Below, one piece after another: positions 28,850 through 43,344 of a stretch of DNA of 64,000 nt. Made by a program: the position numbers and the translations under genes. The first letter of the stretch is position 1. Each line of letters opens with the position of its first letter. Source of the DNA: Eledone cirrhosa (Eukaryota). Below the pieces are notes generated by a model. That model made no database searches. It saw only the letters and a program-made list of their open reading frames with translations, and was not told the DNA's origin. Location of the stretch: the NCBI GenBank assembly GCA_964016885.1, contig CAXHJY010001167.1, positions 1 through 64,000 on the forward strand. Direction: 5' to 3'.

Positions 28850-29907
28850 CTCAGGTTCCATTCATTTCTCGTCACCTTTTACAAAATATTTCTTTCCCTA
28901 AATCGCTCAAGTAATTTCGGTCTCCATATGCTCTGGGGCCTGACATGGACCCTTTCCCAGATAAATTCGTTGGGCAAGAAAGTACTGTCTTTTGCAAAAA
29001 ACTTTATCCTTTCTTTCTCAGTTTCCAAGAGTTGTCTCCAGTCGAGCCATTTCTTTAGTTCTATAAAACTAACGAATGATAGAACCTTGTTATTGTCGTT
29101 GCTCTTTGTACTATATTTGTTCATTAAAATGAATATTTCAGCAATATCTTCTTTTGTTTGCATTTTTAGAATAAGGTTCTGTATGCTTATTTGTTTTTGT
29201 TTAATAATAAAAAATATATAATTTAATGGCATATTTAATTGCATTACTACTGTCACCAATGTCGCGAGCCTCCCTTCATGCGTGTAAATTTTGCAAATAG
29301 CTTTGCTAAAACAATGTTTAAAACGGTTTATATTGTCAACAGATAAACCTTATATCTACCGCATATAATGAGAAAGGAGTTAAAATATTCCGAAGAACTT
29401 TTTCGGTAATAAGACCAAAAATGACATTTTGCTCAAAGGTTATCGTCAGCTATTGAGTGGGGCATTGAGATGTTCTTTATGGGCTTCGGACATCTTCTAA
29501 TTATTTTATGTAAGATATATAATATACATAAGGATCATGGTTTAAAAAATGAGGCCATTACAAAATGAACTCGTCCTCGATGATGATGACGATAATTTAC
29601 ATTGGCACAAGTCACACATGTTATGGGACGGGAAATAATAGATTAAAGGAAACTGGAACCTGAGTACACCTGTGGTATGTAACTTATGAACCTATAAAAG
29701 AAATGAGGAAAAATATTATGCCATTTAAAATCACTTTCAGTAGTCTGTGAATTGACACGCTCAAATTTTGAGATTCTGTTATCGTTAAAAACGAGTATGA
29801 CATTGTAGATCAGTGGTCCTTTTTCACTTGCAATCCTGGGTTTCCTCAATTCCTCCTTGGTTTTGAATTGTCATCTTGTGGCCGTTTACCCGAACACAAT
29901 ATTAATA

Positions 29908-30120
29908 TTGGCAGTATTGGTAGAGCGTCCGACACACATGTTTTATGGCATAGGGTCACTCCTCTTTACGATCTGAGTTCAAATCCTGCCGAGGTTAGTT
30001 TTGCCTTTCATCCTTACGGGGGTAAATAAAATGAAGTACCAGTAATGTACTGGAGCCGATTTAATCAACTTTCTCCTCCCCCAAAATTGTTGGCCTTGTG
30101 CCTGAATCAGAAAGCAATAT
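29908..30120 (+). mobile_element. tRNA-derived SINE, family 1, longer subfamily
   Basis: Same head and core, with an extra gagccgatttaatcaact...cccc segment before the tail. Confidence 0.8.
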
Positions 30121-30691
30121 TATGAACAAGCTTTTCAAACTTCATTAACTGTATAGTGACAAACTTGATTGTAGTGAAGCAAGTCTTTTGATAATCATTA
30201 ATTCGTGTTGGATACATTAGTATTTCATTTCGTATGTATACACAATATACACTATTCTTTTCCATTCTGGATTCCTTCCTGATTAATATTCCTCTCCAGT
30301 TTCTCCCTGTCTAAAATTCCTCCCACAGGAGCCAAGTACCTCCCGTTTGAGAATTGCTGTTGTAGATTAACTTATAAAGGACTGCTATTATACTATAAAG
30401 TGGTTTTGTTATTTTTGTTGTTATTGTTGTTGTTACTGCTGCTGGCTGTTGTTGTTTACGCCTAGATTTAGTCCTTATTGTGCAGAACTATGATCAAAAT
30501 CGTTCTAGCCAATACCATGCGGAGTTTCATTTAATTATAGTGTGTCGAGGCACATATTATCCAATACGTGCTTCCTACTTTAAGTCGACAGGGTGTAATT
30601 TAGGGGGAGATATGGTCGAATAAACATACAAAGAGGCTCCCACGTCGACTTCGACTTGCCGTGAAAGTGCTTCAAGCATAGCTGTTGTAAA

Positions 30692-31800
30692 GGCGTGTGG
30701 CTCACTGGTTAGGGTGCATGGCTCACAAGCGTAGAGTTTTGAGTTTGATTTCCAAACCGGGTGACACATAGTTTCCTTGAGCAAACTATTTTATTTCATG
30801 TTGACCTAGTCTACTGAGCAAAATACTTTATTCCACGTTGACCTAGTCTACTGAGCAAAATACTTTATTCCACGTTGACCTAGTCTATTGAGCAAAATAC
30901 TTTATTTCACGTTGACCTAGTCTACTGAGCAAAATACTTTATTTCATGTTGACCTAGTCTACTGAGCAAAATACTTTATTCCACGTTGACCTAGTCTACT
31001 GAGCAAAATACTTTATTCCACGTTGACCTAGTCTACTGAGCAAAATACTTTATTCCACGTTGACCTAGTCTACTGAGCAAAATACTTTATTCCACGTTGA
31101 CCTAGTCTACTGAGCAAAATACTTTATTCCACGTTGACCTAGTCTACTGAGCAAAATACTTTATTCCACGTTGACCTAGTCTACTGAGCAAACTACTTTA
31201 TTCCACGTTGACCTAGTCTACTGAGCAAAATACTTTATTTCACGTTGACCTAGTCTACTGAGCAAAATACTTTATTCCACGTTGACCTAGTCTACTGAGC
31301 AAAATACTTTATTCCACGTTGACCTAGTCTATTGAGCAAAATACTTTATTTCACGTTGACCTAGACTATTGAGCAAAATACTTTATTTCACGTTGACCTA
31401 GTCTACTGAGCAAAATACTTTATTCCACGTTGACCTAGTCTACTGAGCAAAATACTTTATTCCACGTTGACCTAGTCTACTGAGCAAAATACTTTATTCC
31501 ACGTTGACCTAGTCTACTGAGCAAAATACTTTATTCCACGTTGACCTAGTCTACTGAGCAAAATACTTTATTCCACGTTGACCTAGTCTACTGAGCAAAA
31601 TACTTTATTTCACGTTGCTCTAGAAAAAAAATGAATTACGAAGACACTGGTGCCAAGCTATATCGACTTTGGGTTTTTTCTTGGCCAAATTCGGTGGCGC
31701 AGAGAGGAGAATTTTGTATACATAGGTAACTGATGGTCGTCAACAAAACCCCTTCTCTAGATATGTTTCCGGGAATAGCAACCCTATAGTTAGGCAATCA
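30692..31800 (+). mobile_element. SINE family 2 copy carrying an internal tandem expansion
   Basis: Head ggcgtgtggctcactggttagggtg...gagtttgatt; body resumes after the array with gttgctc...ggtgccaagctatatcg, as in 2661-2960. Confidence 0.75.
30778..31617 (+). repeat. 37-bp minisatellite, ~22.7 copies (TGAGCAAAATACTTTATTCCACGTTGACCTAGTCTAC)
   Basis: Units start at 30778, 30815, ... 31592; head-to-tail with no spacers. Confidence 0.97.
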
Positions 31801-32054
31801 TGGGTGCAAAGTCATTAAAAGTAAGGTTCTGAAGCTTTTTGGTCACAAAAAACGTTCACAAAAAGGTCATTCTAAAACATGTATGGAGGGTACGATTCGG
31901 AGTAAATGAAATAAGGGTAGACCACCGAGGCACAGGCGAGATAATGTCTATAAATCGTCTCGTCTAAATTTATATTGACACAAAATAGGAAACTTTGGGA
32001 AGAACTAAGTTATGTTAATACACAATCTGCCATATGTAGAAGACACCTAATGAT

Positions 32055-32240
32055 AATTGTTTCTACTTTTGGCACACGGCCAGCAATTACCCAGTGCATT
32101 ACTGGTACTTTATTTTATCGACCCCGTAAGGATGAAAGGCAAAGTTAACCTCGACGGGATTTGAACTCAGACCGTAAAGGGACGTAACTATGCTGGAAAG
32201 CATGGCGTCCGACCCTCTACCGATACTGCCAATTCACCGA
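32055..32240 (-). mobile_element. tRNA-derived SINE, family 1
   Basis: Match to the shared family sequence. Confidence 0.9.
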
Positions 32241-32585
32241 TGATATCAACTAACCAGTTAGTCGTAGATAATAACCAATTGAGTTTGAAACTATTGAATT
32301 GTTCTTTAAAAGATGGAAGCCTTTTTTTAATAGAAGAACTAGTGTTAAGTGCATCTTGTATGTATGTATGACCTTCTGGGTTTATTATTTTATAAATGTT
32401 CGTCATGATTTCCTTATAAAACAGTTCTAGTCCTGTAGAAGCCATTTCTATATTACACATTTATGCTCTTCTATGTATTGAATATCTTACTTACTGTGGT
32501 TACCCCCGATTGAACTCAGGATACACACATACACACACACACACGCACACACACACACACACACACCCACACACACACACAACAT

Positions 32586-32769
32586 AAATGAGGAATCAAA
32601 ACATAACAGAAATGTTTAGAATTTTGTTTTTCTCAATAAGGAAGCTCAATAGACTTTATCAAACATATCTTTTAATTTGGTTATTATGGCTCAAGATAAA
32701 GTCTATTCACCATACGTATTGAGAAACACAAAATTCTAAACATATCTGTTATGTTTTGATTTATCATTT
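32586..32769. repeat. ~185-bp imperfect palindrome
   Basis: aatcaaaacataacagaaatgtttagaattttgt...aatagactttatc versus gataaagtctatt...acaaaattctaaacatatctgttatgttttgatt. Confidence 0.85.
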
Positions 32770-33297
32770 GTATCTAATGACTCCAAACCATTTAATGCTT
32801 CAAACTTGTTGAGCTGTGTGGCTATAAATACCGTTCCTATTTCTAGCAGTACTATCGTCTATTTGCCATAGGTTTAACGTTATTTCATCATGTGCTTCTC
32901 AGTATGGTCGTCGCGTTGGACCTAGCTGTGATATTCCTAGGTATATTGATTTATTTACCATCTTCATTCTATATTTCCCTTAGAATAGTGAGACTAAACC
33001 TCTGAAGAGTACCTGAGTCTCATGTAGTTTAATCAAAATCGATAGTTTGTCTTCGATGATCGAATATATTGATTGATTTTTTTTCTTTCTTTCGATGATC
33101 GGTTACATAGATCATTTTTAGCCATACTCTCCAGATATGAAATAGCGCTATAACTTTTCACTCATGATTCCATCTATGTACATATTCTTCTATTGAATAT
33201 GTATTTGGTATATATACAATATACCGTGTTTCTCTTACGATATATGGCTCTTTCTCTCTATATATAAACATATATCGTTTAATTTGGTTATATATAA

Positions 33298-33335
<38 letters not shown>

Positions 33336-33395
33336 AACTCGTCCCATGGACTGAGTGCTCTACCACCACGGTATTACCTTCCAGTGTTCCACCAC

Positions 33396-33990
<595 letters not shown>

Positions 33991-34254
33991 CTTGACTCTT
34001 TCATTTGAATTTAGACAACACCAGCTTGGTAAATAGGTATCTATGCTTGGATGTCTTTGTGTGTGCAGGTACAGATGTTATTACATGTGTGGATCTTTGT
34101 GTGTGTGTGTATGTATGTATGTATGTATGTATGTATGTATGTATGTATGTATGTATGTATGTATGTATGTATGTATGTATGTATATATGTGTGTGTGTAT
34201 GTATAACGTATATATGTATGTATGTGTGTGTATGTATAACGTATGTATGTATGT

Positions 34255-34630
34255 GTATGCATATGTATGTATATGCGCGGGGGACATAGAAATAATTGGA
34301 CTGGATAACCGATCACGTGGTTAAAGCACTGGGAGTGAAGGACCCCTAGCCTCTGTCAGGGCATTCTTCTAGGAGAAGGCAACTCAGGAAACTGGGATAA
34401 CTCCGACATAAAACCTGCGGCTCAGTAGTTACCGATGATGTTGATCTTTTCTTCTTTTCGGGTTATAGCTACTGTCGCTCAGAGAGTGGGATTGGCTCAG
34501 TGCACAGTCTTTCCTCACTTTAAAAATAATTTTCACGCACAGGCATTGCACGATAGCATTATTTGATAACTATTAATAATGTTATATCGTGCAATGGCCA
34601 TACTCGATAACGAGGGGGCAGCCATCATCT
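34255..34630 (+). mobile_element. Family B RTE-derived element (5'-truncated); terminal 3' hairpin repeated at 34765-34800
   Basis: Contains the CTAGGAGAAGGCAACTC motif, the shared body, the 3' hairpin and an (ATGT)n tail. Confidence 0.75.
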
Positions 34631-34800
34631 TGTATGTATGTATGTATGTATGTATGTATGTATGTTTTTTTTTTATTTATTTATTTATTATTATTATTAT
34701 TATTTTTATTTATTTATTTTTTATTTTATTTTATTTTATTTTTATTTATTTTTTTTTTTTTCTTGTGCAATGGCCATACTCGATAACGAGGGGGCAGCCG

Positions 34801-34888
34801 CCCAAAATGTATATACACTTTAATTACCTATACAGGCAATATTTATTAAAATGCTGTTGAAGTGTGTATACATTTTTTGGACACCCTG

Positions 34889-34890
<2 letters not shown>
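34801..34890. mobile_element. Small Tc1/mariner-type MITE, left TIR clipped
   Basis: ccaaaatgtatatacactt ... aagtgtgtatacattttttggacaccctg-TA. Confidence 0.6.
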
Positions 34891-34920
<30 letters not shown>

Positions 34921-35299
34921 TGTATGTATGTATGTGTGTGTGTATGTATGTATGTATGTGTGTATGTATGATTGTAGAAGGCAATGAATGATGCCCTATG
35001 TGACAGAACATGGGTTGGACGGGTTTGTCCCATTTAGAGGCAATATTGGATCTATCTATCTGTCTGTCGGGCCTGTCTGCGTTCCCTTCTGTCGTGCCTG
35101 TCTGTCTGCCTGTCTGTCTGCTTGCCAGTCTACTTGGCTGCCTGTCTGCCTGCCTGTCTGGAAATCACTGATGCAGCAAATAAAGATGAAGTCAGACTGT
35201 CTGACTGACAGCGCCGCCACGAGTCCAGAAAGGAAGAGATGAATTGTGTGAACAGGCGTGTTCAGACCCTAATGTGATGTGTGTGGCTCAACTCAGCGT

Positions 35300-35309
35300 A
35301 TGTGTATGC

Positions 35310-35350
<41 letters not shown>

Positions 35351-35571
35351 TGTGCATGTGTATGCGAGTGTGTGTGTGTATGTATGTGTGTGTATGTATG
35401 TGTGTGTGTATGTGTATGTATGTGTGTGTGTATGTGTGTATGTATGTGTGTGTGTATGTGTATATATGTGTGTGTGTGTATGTATGTATGTGTATGTGTG
35501 TGTATATATGTATGGGTATGCGTGTATGTGAGTATGTGTGTGTATGCGTGTGTGTGTGTGTATGTGTTTGG

Positions 35572-35640
<69 letters not shown>
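35300..35640. repeat. (GT)n/(GTAT)n microsatellite
   Basis: Directly visible. Confidence 0.96.
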
Positions 35641-35642
<2 letters not shown>

Positions 35643-36959
35643 GCTGCTAAGTGGAGGGACCGTGTTTTCTTTTGTGTATTGTTATGCTGGTGTTGGTAGT
35701 AATGGTGGTTATGATGGTGTTTTTCGCGTATGTTGTTTTGGGATTGATGACTACGTTATTTTTGTTGTTGTTGCGGTGGTGGTGGTGGTGGTGGTCATCG
35801 TGGTGTTGCAGTTGCGATGGTCATCGTGATGGTGTTGTAGTAGTTGTAGGGAGGGGGTAGTGGCGATGATGTTGTTGTTCATGTTGCGGTGGTGGTGCTG
35901 GTGGTGGTCGTCGTTGTCTTTGTGATGGTGGTGTAGTTGTTGTGGGTAGTGCCCGGGATGTTGTTGTTGTTGTGGTGGTGGTGTTGGTGGTGGCCGTCGT
36001 CGTAATAACGTTGAATTTGTGGTGGTGGTGTGGTGGTGGTTCCTGTGATGTTGACTTTACTGCTGTTATCGTGCTGGTGTTGATGATGATCGTGGTGGGC
36101 CTGGTCTTAGGTCATGTAATCCTTTTGCTAATGTTAGTGATGATGACGATAATTGTTTTCGTGGTTACGGTAGGGGTGATTGTGGTAATGGTGGGGTATT
36201 AGTGATGGGGGTCATAGAAGTTATGGTTTCTGTGGTGGTGGTGATGGCGGTGGTAATTGTGTTGTTAGAGAAAGCAAGCTTAGTCTGTCGTCTGCTTGAA
36301 CATAATCACCTGGCCTTTGGATGCCTTTAGAGGAATGCCGTTTGTTGCACGCATTCGAATCAGACCCACAACTTGAGAATACTTTTCTTCTTCCCTCTTA
36401 CAGGTCTCAGAGGCAATGAAAAGGGTCATGAGCACCGAACTTCCCTTTCAGATTGATGCAATGCTGATGATATTGATGGCGGTATATTAAGTACGTTCGA
36501 TAGAATTGGGTTGGGGTTTGGGGATTCAATATACCACTAATATAGAAGTGATCTTTTTGGAGGCGTGCCAATGTACGGCTGTTCATTACTCACAGTAAAG
36601 GCAAGTAAAGAGTTTGAAACATTGGCACGTGTAATAAGCTATCTGTATGACCACTCCCCTCTCAGGCTTTGAAGTTTGGGTGGTCTACAGTCGTCACACT
36701 ATGTCTTTCCTCGTGAGATGCTTTCAGTGCATCTTAGAAATTATAAGAAGCATGTGCCTGACACTGAAATAATTTCAATGACCAACAACAAATGTATTAA
36801 GACTAATCACCCAACAGCATCTGCAGTCTATGGGGAACATGACAGTTATGAAGATGATAATAGTAATAATAATAATAATGATGTTGGCGACGAGATGATG
36901 ATAGCTGATGGCGACGGCGATCATCACAAACTTCACCATAACCACCACCACCACTATCA

Positions 36960-38750
36960 ACATCACTACAGATATCACAGACACCAACAACAATGTCCCA
37001 ACCAAACTCAACCAAACCCTCATTTGCAACAACAAACGCAAACCAAACGAATGAAAAATCGCACGAATTACACAGCCATAAATACAACAAAAAAAAAAAG
37101 AAGAAAGAAACTGGTGCACCACTTCAAACCCAACACTACAATTCACAGAAAATGATTACATTACCTCCAAAGAGATTACACAACATGCATACAGATCATA
37201 CACATCACACAAGAAACACACTAATTTCAAGGCAAAATTCCCCACTGCAATTGGGGACTTCTACACTACATTATCAAAACGGATATATGAGATTCACTCA
37301 TCTGACAGGGTGGAAGGACCATTATCTCTCCATCCACAAGAACAGACTAAGTAACCTTTTCTCACTTTTCCTCCTCTTTATTTAACATGGCTTTCCCCAG
37401 GATTGGCAGTATAAATGCACGTGGCCGGGGGCCGTCTTGGAAGCAGGGCCACATGCTAGACGACCCCAGGTCACTGAACATAGATGTAATGACCATCAGA
37501 AAGACAAGAATTTCCGACGCACAAGCCATTTCACCCATATTTTACGGCTATGAAGTGTTCGAATCTCCAAGCCGACCGAGATTTGGGTGTGGAGTCGCTG
37601 TGTTGATTCGGAAAGGCCTGGATTTCACGATACGGACCATCTTCCTGAAACCAGCGACGAGCCTGCCTTTACGCTAGTGGCTGTTTTTGCCTCTATATGG
37701 GCAGAAAGACCTGATTTCTTCAGGTGCCTGGAGAACATTCCAGAAACGTCCTGGCATGCAATCAGATTACGTGATTTCCAGCTTTAACTCAAAGGAGAAC
37801 AGGTGTAATCTCCCTTTGTTAGACTTTGTTGCAGTCCTGGATCAAGCGTAAACTGAGAGGGAGTTCATGGAAATTAGAATGTCTTCAAGCGCTCACAGCC
37901 GTCACCCAATCGGGCAGTGCAATCGGTGGAAACTCCTACTCGGCGTTCTGTAGAGGGTTAGTGGTGGGGGAAAATGACGAAGTTCTTGGGAGAGTTAACA
38001 AAATTCAACGAGCGACTCTTTTCCTGAGGACCTTCCAGAAATAGATAACTTTCAGAAATCCTTCGCCTGGCAGTGTTACCGGGGAGCTTTGCCAGTTTGA
38101 GATAAACTCTACAGGCATGGAATCCCGTTCGCCGGGCCTTTCTAAGAAGCATGCAGGGCAATGAAACCGTTCTGCATACACTCTTCAAGTGTCCGAGAAT
38201 TGTTGACTTGTGGTTTTCTGCCGAATACTTACTGTCACGTGTGGCATGAATCCGACTATCAACTGTGTCCATTGTGAAAATCTTCCGCCGTCTTCTTTGA
38301 TTGTTGAAGGACAAGCAGTTTTTATTTGTCTGGTGAGCATGAGAAAAGTGGTCATGTGGTGGATGCGTTTGAATGGGCTAAAGACAAACCCCTTTATCTT
38401 AAGAAAAAATCAGGGTGGAGAGGGAAATGCTGCCTTACTATCAGTTTGTTGAAACTGGGTGAGAGAGGTCAGCATAATCTGAGTGAATGGGCTTGCTCTG
38501 GGTATGCACATGAGTATACACCTGAGAGAGGAAACTTACTTGCCCTAGTAGTCAAGGATACCGTGGCTTTTTGTGGGCTTTCTCCACGAGTGACCCTCGT
38601 ATCTCTCCCTTTTGGTGGAATTTGTTAAGTTTGATTATTTAATCTTTGAGGTAAACCTTTCTTGTACACAAAAACTAACACACTGGACCATCGTGAGTCG
38701 TCTTTATTGTCATCTTAATGTAAGCCCTGTGGGGCTAATAAAGAAACCAT
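36960..38750 (+). mobile_element. Degenerate, internally deleted Tx1/L1-clade LINE
   Basis: ORF2 start MAFPRIGSINARG..SWKQG parallels 54148; jumps at ~37830 to the C-terminal region LQSWIKRK..WKLECLQALTA; ends AATAAAGAAA. Confidence 0.8.
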
Positions 38751-39127
38751 TATGTTTGTGGCGATGAGAGAGAGGAAGAGGCAGTCATTTGTTTCTACTC
38801 AGACTATTAAACGTATCCTTTTTCACATTAATTACCAATAATAATAATAACAATAATAATAATTGTCCCCAGTCTCTCTTTTACGACTTCATCTCAGTTT
38901 GTGTGTGTGGGAGTGAGTATATATATGTGTGTGTTTGTGTGAGTGTGTGAGTGTGTGTGGTATGTATGTGCGTGTGTGTGTGTGTATGCGCCTGTGTCTG
39001 TGTGAATGTATGTATGTACGTGCGTGCACAGGCACCTTTACTTATTTATTTAGTTGATAGCTATTCCTCTTTCCAGACACGCGGCGTCACTTGTTCCGTT
39101 CTGAAACCTTGAAGTCACCGTCTGGTT

Positions 39128-39170
<43 letters not shown>

Positions 39171-39269
39171 CATATATATATATATGCATGCAATACACGC
39201 GCGCTCACAAACATATATTTGGAGGTATATATCTATACATATATCTGTGTTGATATCTGTATGTTTGTA

Positions 39270-39518
39270 AACATATGTATGTATGTATGTATGCATATGT
39301 GTATGTATGTATGTATGTATTATGTATGTATGTATGTATGTATGTATGTATGTATGCATGTATGTATTATGTATGTATGTATTATGTATGTATGTATGTG
39401 TGTATGTATTATGTATGTATTATGTATCTATGTATTATGTATGTATGTATGTATGATGTATGTATGTATGTATGTATGTATGTATGTATGTATGTATGTA
39501 TGTATGTATGTATGTATA
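39270..39518. repeat. (ATGT)n microsatellite
   Basis: Directly visible. Confidence 0.96.
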
Positions 39519-40099
39519 GCTATAAGGTTACGAGAAGTTGGTAAGTAAAATACACTGAGAGAATATCAATGAGGGTGGGTGGCTGACCTTTTTTGAAAAT
39601 AGTTTCCACTTGAAATGGTTAGTTTATTCCAGTGCAACTCCACAGCGAATATAGACTTGTAATATAAATATACAGACACAGACACACAAACATCCTAATG
39701 TAAACATAAACGGATGCACAAACTAACATACAAACTCACATATAACGTGTTGGATTTCAGTTGATTCGATCAACGTGAAAGTGATTGAACTTTCCACAGA
39801 AACGTGCACACTTAAATTAGTTTCAAGAGAGATTCAGCATGACACAGTATGTGACAAGGTCTTCCCTTATGAAATTACAGGTACAACACATTTTATGCAG
39901 TCCTGCCAACATCTAAAAAACCCAAACGAGGAGTACCATGAAAAAAAGTGACCCCAAACGAAGAGAATTGAGGCAAATGGGGAGATTTTACATAATGAAA
40001 GCTATACTCATTTTCACAAGAGAAGACATCTCTCATCCACTCCAAAGTGGGTGAGAGATGTCTCCGTCCGACGAGGGGAGTTGACAGGTCTGTGTATTA

Positions 40100-40220
40100 A
40101 GCAATGTAAAATAAAGCTTGTTCAATAAAGTTTGTTCAAGGACACAGCAGGCTGTTGGGATTCGAACCCACGACGTTGTGATCGTGAGCCGAACACCCTA
40201 ACCACTAAACCACGCACCAC
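40100..40220 (-). mobile_element. tRNA-derived SINE head (family 2-like)
   Basis: Minus strand reads ggtgcgtggtttagtggttagggtgttcggctcacgatcac...gggttcgaatccc (A and B boxes). Confidence 0.65.
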
Positions 40221-41879
40221 GCACATACACACATACCTCACACACACACCTCACACACATACACACAAACACACACACAAAAACAAATGCACGAACACAT
40301 TCATATCATCAGAATTGTTTTATTTTTAACATTTAACCCCCTCCTCACTTAGGCTTCAAATCATTGAGAAATGGGATAGGAATAGTCACGTAAGTCGACA
40401 TTGATTGGCACATTAGTCTTATACCCAGACTTATGATTTGGAGAAGAACTTTTTAGGTACAGATCCGTATGACAAACGTTTGACTTATCCCATATGAGGT
40501 TTTTCATTTATTCCCTTTTATTATTATATTCAATAAGCCAACCGTCGTCAGATTCATACGACCCGATAATGACTTTCACGCACTTTCAATTACTGAAAGA
40601 TAACAACAATTAAGGTGACGCAGTTTTAGTGCAAAACTAACCACATCCATCATAGGCTAGACTAGTATAGTCGATAAGGAAAAATAGCACAATACCGTCT
40701 ATTCTCCATTAGATTTATATCTATCTTTTAGCATCAACAAATATTATCTACAATGAAGATTAATTTATTGAGATATTTTATTAGTCACTTAAGCACTAGG
40801 ATAGCTGTGTGGTTAAGAAGTGCATTTTGCAGTCCCATAGTTTCGGGTTCTGTCCCACTGCGTATCACCATGGGCATGTGTCTTTTGCTATATCCTTGAG
40901 TTGACCAATGCTTTATGTGTGCAAAAAGATGGTAGATAGAAATTGTACACCACCAAATATATTATATAACTCTATGCGTGTATGTTTGTGTGTGTGTGTG
41001 TGTGTGTGCATGGTTGTGTCTGTATGTGCCTGTGTTTACATCTACACTGCTTCACCCTTTAGCATTTAAACTGGCCGTATCCGGCCAGAATTCTCTCGTC
41101 TCTTTCTGTCCAAACTGGCTGTAACTAGCCACTCATACTGATGTTAAGGTATTATTTTTAAAATAAATACATGAAAATCTTGTAGATTCGATATTATGTG
41201 AGATAATTATATGAGGTAAAGTCTTTATCATGAAAATACAATAGTAAATATAGAGTAATGGAAATGCTAAAGGGTTAAGAGCCAGAGCTGTTTGTTCGTA
41301 TGCTGTAACTTAGCAATTCAACATGATGAGATCAATGAAATAAGTACCAGTTCTAAAAACGATATAATTGACTAAAACACTTGAAGGTATGCCTATACTC
41401 CAATGACTTGATCTAGTAGACGAGTCGAGTAAAAAAAAAAATACACTGGATTTTGAGCTTCGATGGCCTTTGTATCTCCAAATTGGTAAGATTAATTTGA
41501 ATATCTTTGAAACGTTCGACCTCATTTGTTTGCAAACATGAAACACTAACTTTGGTGTACTCTGGTGGCAAAATAAAATACATAAGATGCTTGTAGATGA
41601 AATAGATTACAGTGAATTAATTTGCGATCAGGACTGAAAAATTCAACGTTTCGAATAATAAACATTTTCAGAGAGAGAAGAAAATTAGAAGCGGCACAAA
41701 CTTAACGTGGTTCATCACAGGAATGTATACGAAAAGATATACGATATGTTTATATATAATTATGTATAATAAGCAGACGTGCGTCTAGCTTTGAATTCTT
41801 TTAAAGCCCTGATCGTATCACAGCAATCTCAGTAGTAGCGAGAATGTCAGACAGCTGTTTCTGGATTTTTTATCCCACA

Positions 41880-42265
41880 TTTTCTTCTTCTTCTTCCCGA
41901 GGGTCGTGGTGGCAGAGTTCTCAAACACTCCTTCCAGCAGGTTTTATCAGAAGCAACCGTCTCCAACTAAGTATCGGAGTTGTTGTCTCTCAATTCGGAG
42001 AAGTAGTGCCTCTACCTGAAGTGACTTTCTAATCTCTAAGCTACGCACTCTATCGAATAACGTTACCACAAAGACCCTTCGGAGGAACCCCATTTCAGCC
42101 GCTTGTATTCACGATCATATTCTTTCGGACGTTACCCAAGATTCCTGAGCATAGGTAAGGGTTGTCACGGATACCGAATTGAAGATAGTGAATTTGGCTT
42201 TTACACCTACATCCTTTCTTCTGATTACTGAATGCTGGAGCTGGCGCATTACTACACCAGGAGTA
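41880..42265 (-). mobile_element. RTE-clade (Expander/Rex3-like) LINE 3' fragment
   Basis: Minus frame reads KAKFTIFNSVSVTTLTYAQESWVTSERI*S.IQAAEMGFLRRVFVVTLFDRVRSLEIRKSLQVEALLLRIERQQLR; (GAA)n tail. Confidence 0.85.
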
Positions 42266-42611
42266 TGAGATTGATGGTTAGCTTTTTGTTGCTCTGGTGT
42301 CTCTAAATGAATGCCTGACTCGATGGTTATACACCCCTATAAGAGAAAAGATATACGGAGAAGCTAATACTAGAGTTACTAAAATTTCACCATAAAAATG
42401 GAAGCTTATAAAATCAATTGATTCATAGCAAATTAAGTTAATTTTTCATGTATTTTGGTATACTAATTCTGGAAAACCGAAAAAAATATCTGGAATTGTT
42501 GGTTCTTACATATTGGTTAAACTAATCACTTTTGCGTAAATTAGATGCTAAGTGATTCGTGGTCCGAAATGTTATGCAATTATCTATGTATATATCTGTC
42601 TTTCTATCTAA

Positions 42612-42662
<51 letters not shown>

Positions 42663-42806
42663 GAAATATCCACGGTTAGTTGGGGCAACTAACCTTACAT
42701 AGATCGATAACGAAATATGCGTACGATATATCATTATTACCTAGAAACGATCTTAAAGCAGAGAAGTATATTCCTAATGACTTGAATTTTTATTTCATTA
42801 TTTTAA

Positions 42807-43303
<497 letters not shown>

Positions 43304-43344
43304 TAGAAAGACAGATATATACATAGATAATTGCATATATATAT

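Noticed and set aside
28879-29259. 126-aa non-repetitive minus-strand ORF
   Set aside because: No recognisable motif or splice structure; compatible with chance or decayed transposon sequence.
30778-31617. CRISPR-like 37-bp repeat array
   Set aside because: Units are head-to-tail with no unique spacers, there are no cas genes, the context is eukaryotic, and the unit derives from a SINE core.
36402-36490. Strong-looking acceptor (cttccctcttacag) followed by a short open frame
   Set aside because: The peptide (VSEAMKRVMSTELPFQID...) is unrecognisable and has no good donor; it could be a non-coding exon but is unsupported.
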